Source: Rosenbergiella sp. YN46
GTDB taxonomy: Bacteria > Pseudomonadota > Gammaproteobacteria > Enterobacterales > Enterobacteriaceae
Reading direction: 5' to 3' (one strand)
Length of the DNA stretch: 32,000 nucleotides
Assembly: GCA_036620675.1 (NCBI GenBank)
Contig: JAZHEE010000010.1
In this document: piece after piece, positions 21,588-32,000 of the stretch
Layout: the number at the start of each line of letters is the position of its first letter
Position numbering within the stretch: the first letter of the stretch is position 1
The notes under the pieces: generated by a model
The model's database searches: none
Told to the model about the DNA's origin: nothing
Seen by the model: only the letters and a program-made list of their open reading frames with translations
Translations under genes and position numbers: made by a program

Positions 21588-22348
21588 ATGTTCCCCGCGG
21601 CAGCGGGGATAAACCGCATTGGCCGTGCCCGGGCCGCGTGGGGCATCAATGTTCCCCGCGGCAGCGGGGATAAACCGCGCAACGTCAGGAATCAGCAGGC
21701 GCCGGATGGATGTTCCCCGCGGCAGCGGGGATAAACCGGGAATGGCAGGAACTCCAGGCATGACGGAAAAATGTTCCCCGCGGCAGCGGGGATAAACCGC
21801 AATAACTGGTCGACCAGATAACTGGCATCGCATGTTCCCCGCGGCAGCGGGGATAAACCGTCATTCCTGGTTCCTGATATTGCAGGACGTTAATGTTCCC
21901 CGCGGCAGCGGGGATAAACCGACATGATAATTAGATTGACGGATGCGGTATCTATGTTCCCCGCGGCAGCGGGGATAAACCGACAGGCGTTTACAAAAAT
22001 AAATTCCTTTTGCTATGTTCCCCGCGGCAGCGGGGATAAACCGGCGTATCTTGTGGCTCAAACGGCACATTTTCGATGTTCCCCGCGGCAGCGGGGATAA
22101 ACCGCGACCGTGAGCGCATCCGGGCGCAAGCTGAACATGTTCCCCGCGGCAGCGGGGATAAACCGAATGACACTGGACAGTAACTCGTTAGATTCTGATG
22201 TTCCCCACGGCAGCGGGGATAAACCGCGTCGCCTTTCCAGAGTTCGTAACCAATGCTGATGTTCCCCGCGGCAGCGGGGATAAACTGGTTTCTGCCGCAC
22301 GCAGGGCGTTATCAGGCACATGTTCCCCGCGGCAGCGGGGATAAACCG
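21588..22348 (+). CRISPR. Type I-E CRISPR array, 13 repeats of 29 nt and 12 spacers of 32 nt
   Basis: The consensus repeat is ATGTTCCCCGCGGCAGCGGGGATAAACCG, with an exact 61-nt period. Repeat n starts at 21588+61(n-1). Repeat 11 (22198) carries a G-to-A change in the stem (ccccacgg). Repeat 12 (22259) has aaactg in place of aaaccg. The array is co-oriented with cas1-cas2. Confidence 0.98.
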
Positions 22349-22383
22349 AGGAATGATCCTGAGGTCAGGTTACGTTGTCCGCT

Positions 22384-23349
22384 TTACGCCTTCCCCTTCG
22401 CCAGCTCTTTCACCAGTGGATACAACACGCTGATCATCTGACGGGCGCGTTTTTCGATGCGGCCGGGCAGGTGTTTGTCCAGATATTGCAGGTTGTCGCG
22501 CGTAACGCTGTGCCAGGCCCGGGCGTCAGCGCCTGTGGTGGGGCGGGCGCTGATGTTCAGCACCGGGATGCCCGCCTGATCGAAAGGCATTATATCGCCT
22601 GGCGTATTGTCGCTCTGAATCCCGGCGCTGGCGGGGATCCCTTTACGGTGAGCCAGGGTCAGGGCGCGATCGCGGGTCAGCTTGCGTACGCTTCCCGGGG
22701 TCTTTTGGCCGCTGTTAAACCACAGCCGGTCGCCCGCCACCAGATTATCCAGGTTGATGACCAGCAGAATTTTTTGCCGCTGGTTTGGCGTCATACGCTT
22801 TAACACATCCCTGACGCCCGGCTGGCCTTCATCCCGGCCGCTGGTGGCGATAAAGCGAATGCCGTAGCGGGTGGGAACCTTTTTCAGGCGATCGGCCAGC
22901 TCCAGCATCACGCCCAGCCCCAGGGCGTTATCGTCCAGGCCCTGAAGGGTCAGCCCCCCCAGGTTATTGTCGCGCTCGTCGTCGTTTTTCGGCGTGTAAG
23001 TGTCCAGGTGCGCCATGATAATAATTTGCTGCGGCTCTTTTCCCGGGTGCGCGGCGATAACGGTGCTGCCGGTTACGTTCTGCCAGCTCTTTTGGCCAGC
23101 GGCGCTGGTGTAGATATAGCGGCTGTGGAACTGGCGAATATCGCTGTGATAGCCCCAGCGGCTAAACTGCTGGCGTAAATAGTCTGCCGACAGCATCTCA
23201 GCCGGGGAGCCGATCATCCGGCCGGGAAAATGCGTGGCTATCTGGCGGGCCTGAATATTGGCGGTTTCGCCGTATGAGGCCGCCGCGGGAAGTGCGCAAC
23301 AGACGCTCAGCATCAGGCAGAGAAGTGAGCGGCACAGTGCGGAAAGCAT
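22384..23349 (-). CDS. iap: Alkaline phosphatase isozyme conversion aminopeptidase, 321 aa, with signal peptide
   Basis: The motifs ARQIATHFPGRMIGSPAEMLSADYLRQQF...QIIIMAHLDTY...LLVINLDNL...PLVKELAK match E. coli Iap. It has the classical position next to the CRISPR array. Confidence 0.93.
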   Translation of the reverse strand: MLSALCRSLLCLMLSVCCALPAAASYGETANIQARQIATHFPGRMIGSPAEMLSADYLRQQFSRWGYHSDIRQFHSRYIYTSAAGQKSWQNVTGSTVIAAHPGKEPQQIIIMAHLDTYTPKNDDERDNNLGGLTLQGLDDNALGLGVMLELADRLKKVPTRYGIRFIATSGRDEGQPGVRDVLKRMTPNQRQKILLVINLDNLVAGDRLWFNSGQKTPGSVRKLTRDRALTLAHRKGIPASAGIQSDNTPGDIMPFDQAGIPVLNISARPTTGADARAWHSVTRDNLQYLDKHLPGRIEKRARQMISVLYPLVKELAKGKA

Positions 23350-23626
23350 GAGAGTTCCTTAATCCTTTACAGCAAAAAATTATGCCTGCACAGTATGAAA
23401 CCCTGGGTTTTGTACTGCAATTTCTATTGCTCTTAAACAGTGAAAAAACGCTGGCTTAAGTCATTTTGTGGCTAAGCTTTGCCAGCGCGTTATTCTTTTA
23501 CGGAACACCTCATTCCAATTGGGAATTTCATAACAAATCATCACGGGTCGTATAGTCCGTTCATTCGCTTTAACAATTTGCCGGAATAACGGCGGCAGTG
23601 CCGCGTATCCGGTTTAAGGGAAGGCT
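23350..23626. promoter_or_regulatory. iap / cysD divergent intergenic region containing the cysDNC promoter (expected CysB-dependent)
   Basis: A 277-bp intergenic region upstream of cysD. Binding sites are not mapped, and the assignment is by synteny only. Confidence 0.35.
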
Positions 23627-24535
23627 ATGGACAATACACGACTCACTCATCTGCGACAGCTGGAGGCGGAAAGCATCCACATCATTCGCGAGGTGGCCGC
23701 GGAATTCTCTAATCCGGTCATGCTTTACTCTATCGGTAAGGACTCCTCCGTGATGCTGCATCTGGCCCGTAAGGCGTTTTCGCCCGGCCGTCTCCCTTTT
23801 CCGTTACTGCACGTCGATACCGGCTGGAAGTTTCGTGAAATGTACGCATTCCGCGATCGCACCGCCAAAGAGTACGGCTGCGAGCTGCTGGTGCATAAAA
23901 ACCCGAAAGGGGTGGCGATGGGGATCAACCCCTTCGTACACGGCAGCGCCAAGCACACCGATATCATGAAGACCGAAGGGCTGAAGCAGGCGCTGAACAA
24001 GTACGGCTTCGATGCCGCGTTCGGCGGCGCGCGTCGCGATGAAGAGAAATCCCGCGCTAAAGAGCGTATCTATTCGTTCCGCGATCGCTTTCACCGCTGG
24101 GATCCGAAAAACCAGCGCCCGGAGCTGTGGCACAACTACAACGGCCAGGTGAACAAAGGGGAAAGCATTCGCGTATTCCCGCTTAGCAACTGGACAGAAC
24201 TGGATATCTGGCAGTACATCTTCCTGGAAAATATTGAAATCGTTCCTCTGTATCTGGCGGCCGAGCGTCCGGTGCTGGAGCGCGATGGGATGCTGATGAT
24301 GATCGACGACGATCGCATCGACCTGCAGCCGGGCGAGATGATCAAACAGCGTATGGTGCGCTTTCGCACCCTGGGCTGCTGGCCGCTGACCGGCGCCGTA
24401 GAGTCTGAAGCCCGGACGCTGCCGGAAATCATCGAAGAGATGCTGGTGTCGACCACCAGCGAACGCCAGGGGCGCATGATAGACCGCGACCAGGCCGGCT
24501 CGATGGAGCTGAAGAAACGCCAGGGTTATTTCTGA
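23627..24535 (+). CDS. cysD: Sulfate adenylyltransferase subunit 2, 302 aa
   Basis: The translation [51 protein letters not shown]... is near-identical to E. coli CysD. Confidence 0.97.
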   Translation: MDNTRLTHLRQLEAESIHIIREVAAEFSNPVMLYSIGKDSSVMLHLARKAFSPGRLPFPLLHVDTGWKFREMYAFRDRTAKEYGCELLVHKNPKGVAMGINPFVHGSAKHTDIMKTEGLKQALNKYGFDAAFGGARRDEEKSRAKERIYSFRDRFHRWDPKNQRPELWHNYNGQVNKGESIRVFPLSNWTELDIWQYIFLENIEIVPLYLAAERPVLERDGMLMMIDDDRIDLQPGEMIKQRMVRFRTLGCWPLTGAVESEARTLPEIIEEMLVSTTSERQGRMIDRDQAGSMELKKRQGYF

Positions 24536-24546
24536 GGAGCCGCCGG

Positions 24547-25974
24547 ATGAATAGCGTAATTGCACAACAGATCGCCGACCAGGGCGGCGTGGAAGCTTAT
24601 TTACAGGCGCAGCAGCATAAGAGCCTGCTGCGCTTTCTGACCTGCGGCAGCGTGGACGACGGGAAAAGCACCCTGATCGGCCGTCTGCTGCACGATACCC
24701 GCCAGATTTACGAAGACCAGCTCTCTACGCTGCACAACGACAGCAAGCGTCACGGCACCCAGGGCGAAAAGCTGGATCTGGCGCTGCTGGTGGATGGCCT
24801 GCAGGCCGAGCGTGAGCAGGGGATCACCATCGATGTCGCCTATCGCTATTTCTCTACCGGGAAGCGCAAGTTTATTATCGCCGACACCCCGGGGCATGAG
24901 CAGTACACCCGCAACATGGCCACCGGCGCTTCGACCTGCGACCTGGCGATTTTGCTGATCGACGCCCGCAAAGGCGTACTGGATCAGACCCGGCGTCACA
25001 GCTTTATCTCGACCCTGCTGGGCATTCGCCACCTGGTGGTGGCGGTCAACAAGATGGATCTGGTGGAGTACAGCCAGGAGCGCTTCGAACAGATTAAGCA
25101 GGATTACCTGACCTTTGCCGAACAGCTTCCCGGCGAGCTGGATATTCGCTTCGTGCCGCTTTCGGCGCTGGAAGGGGATAATGTCGCCAGCCAGAGCGTT
25201 CATATGCCCTGGTACAGCGGCCCGACGCTGCTGGAGATGCTGGAAACCGTGGAGATCCAGCGGGTGGTGGATAATCAACCGCTGCGTTTTCCGGTGCAGT
25301 ATGTGAACCGCCCGAACCTCGACTTCCGCGGCTATGCCGGTACCCTGGCCTCTGGCCGGGTGAAGGTGGGCGATCGGGTGAAGGTACTGCCTTCCGGGGT
25401 GGAGTCCAGCGTGGCGCGCATCGTCACTTTCGATGGCGATCTGGATGACGCGATCGCCGGTGAAGCTATTACCCTGGTGCTGGCGGATGAGATCGATATC
25501 AGCCGCGGCGATCTGCTGGTAGCGGCGGATACCGAACTTCCGGCGGTACAGCGCGCGAAGGTTAACGTTGTCTGGATGACCGGCGAACCGCTGGCGCCGG
25601 GCCAGAGCTATGACGTTAAAGTGGCCGGCAAGAAGAGCCGCGCCCGGGTTGACGCCATTAACCACCAGGTGGATATCCATACTCTTGATACTTATAGCGT
25701 CGACAGCCTGCCGCTGAACGGCATCGGACAGGTGACTTTAACCTTCGACGAGCCGCTGGCGCTGGATGCCTATCAGGATAACCCGGTAACGGGCGGCATG
25801 ATCCTTATTGACCGTCTGAGCAACGTGACCGTGGGCGCGGGCCTGGTGGATACGCCGCTGGTTCAGGAAAGCCGGGCGCCTTCCCGCTACAGCGATTTTG
25901 AGCTGGAACTGAATGCGCTGGTGCGCCGCCATTTTCCGCACTGGAATGCGCGGGATCTGTTGGGAGAAGGTTAA
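24547..25974 (+). CDS. cysN: Sulfate adenylyltransferase subunit 1 (GTPase), 475 aa
   Basis: The segment [32 protein letters not shown]...[12 protein letters not shown]...NKMDL carries the GTPase G1-G4 motifs and matches E. coli CysN. Confidence 0.97.
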   Translation: MNSVIAQQIADQGGVEAYLQAQQHKSLLRFLTCGSVDDGKSTLIGRLLHDTRQIYEDQLSTLHNDSKRHGTQGEKLDLALLVDGLQAEREQGITIDVAYRYFSTGKRKFIIADTPGHEQYTRNMATGASTCDLAILLIDARKGVLDQTRRHSFISTLLGIRHLVVAVNKMDLVEYSQERFEQIKQDYLTFAEQLPGELDIRFVPLSALEGDNVASQSVHMPWYSGPTLLEMLETVEIQRVVDNQPLRFPVQYVNRPNLDFRGYAGTLASGRVKVGDRVKVLPSGVESSVARIVTFDGDLDDAIAGEAITLVLADEIDISRGDLLVAADTELPAVQRAKVNVVWMTGEPLAPGQSYDVKVAGKKSRARVDAINHQVDIHTLDTYSVDSLPLNGIGQVTLTFDEPLALDAYQDNPVTGGMILIDRLSNVTVGAGLVDTPLVQESRAPSRYSDFELELNALVRRHFPHWNARDLLGEG

Positions 25975-26579
25975 TGGCGCAGCATGATGAGAACGTGGTC
26001 TGGCATCCCCACCCGGTAACCCGCGAGCAGCGCGAGCAGCTGCGGGGCCATCGCGGCGCGGTACTGTGGTTTACCGGGCTGTCCGGTTCGGGTAAATCCA
26101 CCGTAGCCGGGGCGCTGGAGCAGGTGCTCCACGCCCGGGGAGTAGGCACTTACCTGCTCGATGGCGATAACGTGCGCCACGGCCTGTGCCGCGATCTTGG
26201 TTTCAGCGACGACGACCGCCGGGAGAATATCCGGCGGGTAGGGGAGGTGGCCCGGCTGATGGTGGATGCCGGGCTGGTGGTGCTGAGCGCTTTTATCTCC
26301 CCCCATCGTGCCGAGCGCCAGATGGTTCGTGAACTGGCAGGAGAGGGGCGCTTTCTGGAGATCTTTGTCGACACCCCGCTGGCGGTGTGCGAAGCGCGGG
26401 ATCCCAAAGGGCTGTATCGCAAGGCGCGGGCCGGCGAATTACGGAATTTTACCGGTATCGATTCGGCCTATGAGGCGCCACCAGCGCCGGAGCTGCATCT
26501 CGATGGTCAACAATTGGTAACAAATTTGACCGATCAGATATTAGATCTGCTGCGCCGGCAGGATATCATCAGATCCTGA
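25974..26579 (+). CDS. cysC: Adenylyl-sulfate (APS) kinase, 201 aa
   Basis: The translation [49 protein letters not shown]... matches CysC. The start overlaps the cysN stop (TAATG). Confidence 0.97.
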   Translation: MAQHDENVVWHPHPVTREQREQLRGHRGAVLWFTGLSGSGKSTVAGALEQVLHARGVGTYLLDGDNVRHGLCRDLGFSDDDRRENIRRVGEVARLMVDAGLVVLSAFISPHRAERQMVRELAGEGRFLEIFVDTPLAVCEARDPKGLYRKARAGELRNFTGIDSAYEAPPAPELHLDGQQLVTNLTDQILDLLRRQDIIRS

Positions 26580-26629
26580 AGACAGCGCCGGGCAAGCGTT
26601 TTGCCCGGTCGCCAGCCGACGGGATTTCT

Positions 26630-26959
26630 ATGCGCAATAACCCCTCTTACATCATCTCCCGAGGTTCCGGATTGCCGGAATCGGAAGAGCTACAGACCGC
26701 CTGGTCACTGCCGGGGGGGATCATTGGCTTATGCTCATGGCTACTGGCGCTGGGGCTGCCATTTCTGCTGTTCGGCTCCAATACTCCGTTCTTTTTCCTC
26801 TATACCTGGCCTTTTTTCCTTGCTCTGATGCCGGTGGCCGTGGTGGTGGGGATTGCCCTTCATTCGCTGGTAGGCCGACGCCTGCTGGTCAGTATTGTCG
26901 CGACCCTGCTTGCGGTGGTGATGATGTTTGGCGCGCTGTTCCTGTGGCTGACCCATTAA
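26630..26959 (+). CDS. ygbE: Small inner-membrane protein YgbE (DUF3561), 109 aa
   Basis: The segment WSLPGGIIGLCSWLLALGLPFLLFGSNTPFFFLYTWPFFLALMPVAVVVGIALHSL matches E. coli YgbE. The cysC-ygbE-ftsB synteny is conserved. Confidence 0.9.
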   Translation: MRNNPSYIISRGSGLPESEELQTAWSLPGGIIGLCSWLLALGLPFLLFGSNTPFFFLYTWPFFLALMPVAVVVGIALHSLVGRRLLVSIVATLLAVVMMFGALFLWLTH

Positions 26960-27121
26960 CGGTGAGCGTCAAAGCGTAACAGATCGTTGCCGCAGCCCCC
27001 GGGGCGCGCATCCTGGCGCGTTCTGTGGTACATTCTTGCGCACGTAAGTCTAACGACAGTAGGGGCGCTTTCGCCCAAAGGTCAGTTGTGGGATGATGAA
27101 GCCGTTTTATCTGGGGGCGGA

Positions 27122-27439
27122 ATGGGAAAACTAACGCTGCTATTGCTGGTTTTGCTGGCCTGGTTACAGTATTCGCTGTGGTTTGGCAAAAATGGCGTCC
27201 ACGACTATACGCGAGTGAAAGACGATGTTGCCGTGCAGCAGGGAACCAATGCGAAGCTTAAAGCGCGCAACGATCAGCTGTTTGCCGAAATCGACGATCT
27301 GAACGGCGGCCTTGAAGCTATCGAGGAGCGCGCGCGTAACGAACTGAGCATGACCCGTCCAGGTGAAACCTTCTACCGCCTGGTGCCGGACTCGTCTAAG
27401 CGAAACTGGAAAGCGGGACAGCAACAAAATAATCAATAA
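27122..27439 (+). CDS. ftsB: Cell division protein FtsB, 105 aa
   Basis: The translation [63 protein letters not shown] matches E. coli FtsB. The tracked ORF start at 26987 is an upstream extension with no homology support. Confidence 0.93.
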   Translation: MGKLTLLLLVLLAWLQYSLWFGKNGVHDYTRVKDDVAVQQGTNAKLKARNDQLFAEIDDLNGGLEAIEERARNELSMTRPGETFYRLVPDSSKRNWKAGQQQNNQ

Positions 27440-27466
27440 ATAACAACCGATTTGGGTTTCACATAA

Positions 27467-28177
27467 ATGGCAGGTTCCTCCGGGGATATTATCGGCGTGG
27501 TGCCGGCCGCCGGCATCGGCAGTCGTATGCAGTCGACATGCCCCAAGCAGTATCTCACCATTGGTGACAAAACAATTCTTGAGCACGCGGTCGCCGCGCT
27601 GCTGGCGCATCCCAGGGTACGCGAGGTGATTATCGTCGTAAGCCCCGAGGATCGCTGGTTTTCCGGGCTGCCGCTGGCGACTCATCCGCAGGTCAGGCAG
27701 GTTGAAGGCGGCGCCCGGCGCGCCGATTCGGTGCTGGCCGGACTGAGGGCCGCTTCCGGCGCCGAATGGGCGCTGGTGCACGATGCGGCGCGCCCCTGTC
27801 TTCATCCCGACGATTTAGCGCGTCTGCTGGCCCTGACCGAACATAGCCGGGTAGGCGGCATTCTGGCGGCGCCGGTGCGCGATACCATGAAGCGCGGCGA
27901 GCCGGGGAAGAGCGCCATCGCTCACACCGTAGAACGCGACGATCTCTGGCATGCCTTAACGCCGCAGCTCTTTCCGTTAGAACTTCTGAAGCAGTGCCTG
28001 GAGCGGGCGCTGGATGAAGGCGCGACCATTACCGATGAAGCCTCGGCCCTGGAATACTGCGGCTTTCACCCTGAGCTGGTCAGCGCTCGCGCCGATAATA
28101 TTAAAGTGACGCGCCCGGAAGACCTGGCGCTGGCGGCTTTTTATCTTACCCTGTTACAGACAACGGAGAATCACTGA
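27467..28177 (+). CDS. ispD: 2-C-methyl-D-erythritol 4-phosphate cytidylyltransferase, 236 aa
   Basis: The motifs [20 protein letters not shown]...[20 protein letters not shown]...[15 protein letters not shown] match E. coli IspD. Confidence 0.96.
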   Translation: MAGSSGDIIGVVPAAGIGSRMQSTCPKQYLTIGDKTILEHAVAALLAHPRVREVIIVVSPEDRWFSGLPLATHPQVRQVEGGARRADSVLAGLRAASGAEWALVHDAARPCLHPDDLARLLALTEHSRVGGILAAPVRDTMKRGEPGKSAIAHTVERDDLWHALTPQLFPLELLKQCLERALDEGATITDEASALEYCGFHPELVSARADNIKVTRPEDLALAAFYLTLLQTTENH

Positions 28178-28656
28178 TGCGTATCGGACACGGTTTTGAC
28201 GTTCACGCGTTCGGCGGCGAAGGGCCTGTCGTTATCGGCGGCGTACGGATCCCTTATGACCAGGGGCTGCTGGCGCACTCCGACGGCGATGTGGCGCTGC
28301 ATGCGCTGACCGATGCGCTGCTGGGCGCCGCGGCGCTGGGGGATATCGGCAAGCTGTTCCCGGATACCGATCCGGCCTTTAAAGGCGCCGACAGCCGCGC
28401 CCTGCTGCGCGAGGCCTGGAAAAGGGTTCAGGACAAGGGCTACCGGCTCGCTAACGTTGACGTTACTATTATTGCCCAGGCGCCGAAAATGGCGCCGCAT
28501 ATTCCGCAGATGCGGGTGTTCATTGCCGAAGACCTGGGCTGCCATATGGATGACGTTAACGTGAAGGCCACCACCACCGAAAAGCTGGGCTTTACCGGTC
28601 GCGGCGAAGGGATCGCCGCCGAGGCGGTGGCGTTGCTGATTAAGTCAGAGGCATGA
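28177..28656 (+). CDS. ispF: 2-C-methyl-D-erythritol 2,4-cyclodiphosphate synthase, 159 aa
   Basis: The translation [65 protein letters not shown] matches IspF. The start overlaps the ispD stop. Confidence 0.97.
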   Translation: MRIGHGFDVHAFGGEGPVVIGGVRIPYDQGLLAHSDGDVALHALTDALLGAAALGDIGKLFPDTDPAFKGADSRALLREAWKRVQDKGYRLANVDVTIIAQAPKMAPHIPQMRVFIAEDLGCHMDDVNVKATTTEKLGFTGRGEGIAAEAVALLIKSEA

Positions 28657-29679
28657 TGGACTGGAATAATCTCACCTGGCTGCACGGGCAGCCGCAGGCG
28701 ACCGGGCAGCTGAAAGCCAGCCCGGAAGACTTTGTGGTGACGGAAGATCTGGGATTCGCGCCGGATGGCGACGGGGAGCACCTGCTGGTGCGCATTCTGA
28801 AAAAAGAGTGCAATACCCGTTTCGTTGCCGATATGCTGGCGAAGTATTTGAAAGTTCATGCCCGCGAGGTGAGCTTCGCCGGTCAGAAAGACCGGCATGC
28901 GGTGACGGAACAGTGGTTCTGCGTGCGGCTGCCTGGCACATCGATGCCCGATCTCAGCGGCTTTCAGCCGGAAGGTTGCCAGGTGCTGGAATATGCCCGC
29001 CATCGCCGTAAGCTGCGTACCGGCGCGCTGAAAGGCAACGCTTTTACTCTGGTGTTGCGGGAAGTGACCGGACGCGCTGAAATAGAGCAGCGCCTGAATG
29101 CCATTCTGCGCCAGGGCGTGCCAAACTATTTTGGGGCTCAGCGCTTCGGCCATGGCGGGAATAATCTGCACCAGGCCCGGCGCTGGGCTCAGAGCAATAC
29201 GCCGGTGCGCGATCGCAATAAGCGAAGCTTCTGGCTTTCTGCGGCGCGCAGCGCCATGTTTAATCAGATAGTCAGCGAACGTCTGAAAAAACCGACCTTT
29301 AATCAGGTGATTGACGGCGATGCGCTACAATTGTCCGGTCGCGGCAGCTGGTTTGTGGCGAGCGAAGAAGAGCGGCCCGAGCTGCAACGGCGGGTGGATG
29401 ACGGTGAACTGATGATCACCGCCGCATTGCCGGGGCGCGGCGAGTGGGGCAGTCGCCGCGAGGCGCTGGCCTTCGAACAGCAGGTGCTGGCGGGCGAAGC
29501 GGATCTACAGGGCCTGCTGGAGCGCGAAAAAGTCGACGCGGCGCGCAGGGCTATGCTGCTCTATCCCCGGGACCTGACATGGAACTGGTGGGATGATGTC
29601 ACGCTGGAACTGAACTTCTGGCTGCCGGCGGGCAGTTTCGCAACCAGCGTGGTTCGGGAACTAATCAACACGGGTGACT

Positions 29680-29699
<20 letters not shown>
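28653..29699 (+). CDS. truD: tRNA pseudouridine(13) synthase, 348 aa
   Basis: The motifs [30 protein letters not shown]...[15 protein letters not shown]...[11 protein letters not shown] match E. coli TruD. Confidence 0.96.
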
Positions 29700-31061
<1,362 letters not shown>

Positions 31062-31064
31062 GTC

Positions 31065-31081
31065 CCGGAAATTTCCGGTTT
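31065..31081 (+). terminator. Weak terminator-like palindrome after pcm
   Basis: The palindrome is ccggaaatttccgg, followed by only ttt. The T tract is short, so function is uncertain. Confidence 0.3.
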
Positions 31082-31193
31082 AACTCTCTGGTCGTCGGGG
31101 TATGGTGGTGTGATGTCGTACCTTATCGCCGACGCCGATAGATAAGTCGCAGTGTCTGGCTGGCATTAATCAGATTTTATTCCTGGGGGAGCT

Positions 31194-32000
31194 ATGAGCG
31201 CGGGAAGCCCTAACTTCAAATTACGTCGGATTGCGACATTATCGCTGGTGAGCCTGTGGCTGGCAGGCTGTTCCAATAACTCAACCCAGGCGCCGATCAG
31301 CTCGGTGGGGGATAATGGCGCGGGTTCCGGCGGCAGCGGCGGTATGGTGGTATCTCAGCCGCCACCGATTCAGAGTCAGCCTCAGCAGACGCAGCCGGTA
31401 CAGCAGGCCCAGCCGGTACAGCAGGCCCAGCCGGTGCAGCAGGCCCAGCCGGTGCAGCAGGCTCAGCCGGTGCAGCAGGCTCAGCCGGTGCAGCAGGCCC
31501 AACCGGTACAGCAGGCCCAACCGGTACAGCAGCAGAGCCAGCCGCCGTCCCAGCCGGTGAAAATGGAAAACGGCCGTATCGTCTATAACCGTAGCTATGG
31601 GGAAATCCCGAAAGGCAGCTATTCTGGTAGCACCTACACCGTTAAGCATGGCGATACCCTGTTCTATATCGCCTGGGTGACCGGCAACGATTTCCGCGAT
31701 CTGGCCCAGCGTAACAATATTCAGCCGCCTTATGCCCTGAACGTGGGCCAGACTCTGCAGGTTGGCAACGCTTCTGGCGCGTCTATTACCGGCGGTAATG
31801 CGGTGACTGAGGCTGATGCTAAAGCCCAGGGGGTGGCAACGGCATCTGCACAAAATTCAAACGCAGCAGTTGCGTCTAAACCGACAATTACGTATTCTGA
31901 AGATTCAGGTGAACAGAGTGCTAATAAGATGTTGCCAAATAACTCGCCCGCGACAGGTTCTGTAGCGGCGCCAGTCACGGCACCAACGAACAGCACGGCC
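31194..32000 (+). CDS. nlpD: Murein hydrolase activator lipoprotein NlpD, 3'-truncated by window edge (269 codons present)
   Basis: This ORF is absent from the ORF track because it has no stop codon in the window. My own translation is [27 protein letters not shown] (lipobox LAGC) ...[72 protein letters not shown] (LysM domain)... It matches E. coli NlpD and is in frame to nt 32000. Confidence 0.95.
   Translation, partial: MSAGSPNFKLRRIATLSLVSLWLAGCSNNSTQAPISSVGDNGAGSGGSGGMVVSQPPPIQSQPQQTQPVQQAQPVQQAQPVQQAQPVQQAQPVQQAQPVQQAQPVQQAQPVQQQSQPPSQPVKMENGRIVYNRSYGEIPKGSYSGSTYTVKHGDTLFYIAWVTGNDFRDLAQRNNIQPPYALNVGQTLQVGNASGASITGGNAVTEADAKAQGVATASAQNSNAAVASKPTITYSEDSGEQSANKMLPNNSPATGSVAAPVTAPTNSTA
31392..31535 (+). 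repeat. Eight tandem 18-bp units inside nlpD encoding (QPVQQA)x7 + QPVQQQ
   Basis: The unit cagccggt(a/g)cagcag(gcc/gct) starts at 31392, 31410, 31428, 31446, 31464, 31482, 31500 and 31518. Only synonymous third-position differences separate the units. Confidence 0.9.

Noticed and set aside
21525-22321. Four minus-strand ORFs (60-102 aa) with recurring motifs such as VYPRCRGEH and FIPAAAGN.
   Set aside because: They are translations of the CRISPR repeats themselves, and the periodic peptide motif equals the 61-nt repeat period. They are not genes.
22381-22412. A possible degenerate 14th (terminal) CRISPR repeat, ccttccccttcgccagctctttcacc, overlapping the 3' end of iap.
   Set aside because: Only the blocks ttcccc and cgccagc match. 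The phase is off, since it would require a 39-nt spacer instead of 32. The stem cannot form. The sequence encodes the conserved Iap C-terminus (LVKELAK), which explains its conservation.
26588-26608. A hairpin ccgggcaa-gcgtt-ttgcccgg after cysC, considered as a terminator.
   Set aside because: No T tract follows it, and ygbE starts 22 nt downstream. It could be a processing or stability element, but the evidence is too weak to annotate.
31281-31853. A 190-aa minus-strand ORF with a striking [12 protein letters not shown] periodic sequence, plus an 81-aa + ORF (31315-31560).
   Set aside because: Both are alternative-frame readings of the nlpD 18-bp tandem repeat. The NlpD frame has clear lipobox and LysM homology.

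Overview
Chromosomal segment of an Enterobacteriaceae genome. The backbone is about 58-65% GC by eye, and I cannot assign a genus from sequence alone. Gene order follows the E. coli K-12 pyrG-eno ... nlpD region.

Contents in order:
- 3' part of pyrG, then eno.
- A ~700-bp non-coding imperfect palindrome.
- An accessory RpiR / PTS-EIICB / NanE-like sugar cassette.
- queE, queD, cysJIH.
- A complete type I-E CRISPR-Cas locus: cas3 on the minus strand, cse1-cse2-cas7-cas5-cas6e-cas1-cas2 on the plus strand, a leader, and a 13-repeat/12-spacer array.
- iap, cysDNC, ygbE, ftsB, ispD, ispF, truD, surE, pcm, and the 5' part of nlpD.

The CRISPR-Cas system is a known type. The points that deserve a second look are:
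1. The eno-rpiR intergenic region consists of two convergent, diverged copies of a ~300-nt highly structured element. The copies differ by compensatory base-pair changes and share no conserved ORF. I cannot assign it to any RNA or mobile-element family.
2. cas3 is inverted relative to the K-12 arrangement and is bracketed by CRISPR-repeat-like palindromes.
3. An orphan repeat plus a half repeat sit in the cas3/cse1 divergent promoter region and can form mutually exclusive hairpins.

I found no clearly novel protein-coding system. All long unexplained ORFs are antisense shadows of well-supported genes.
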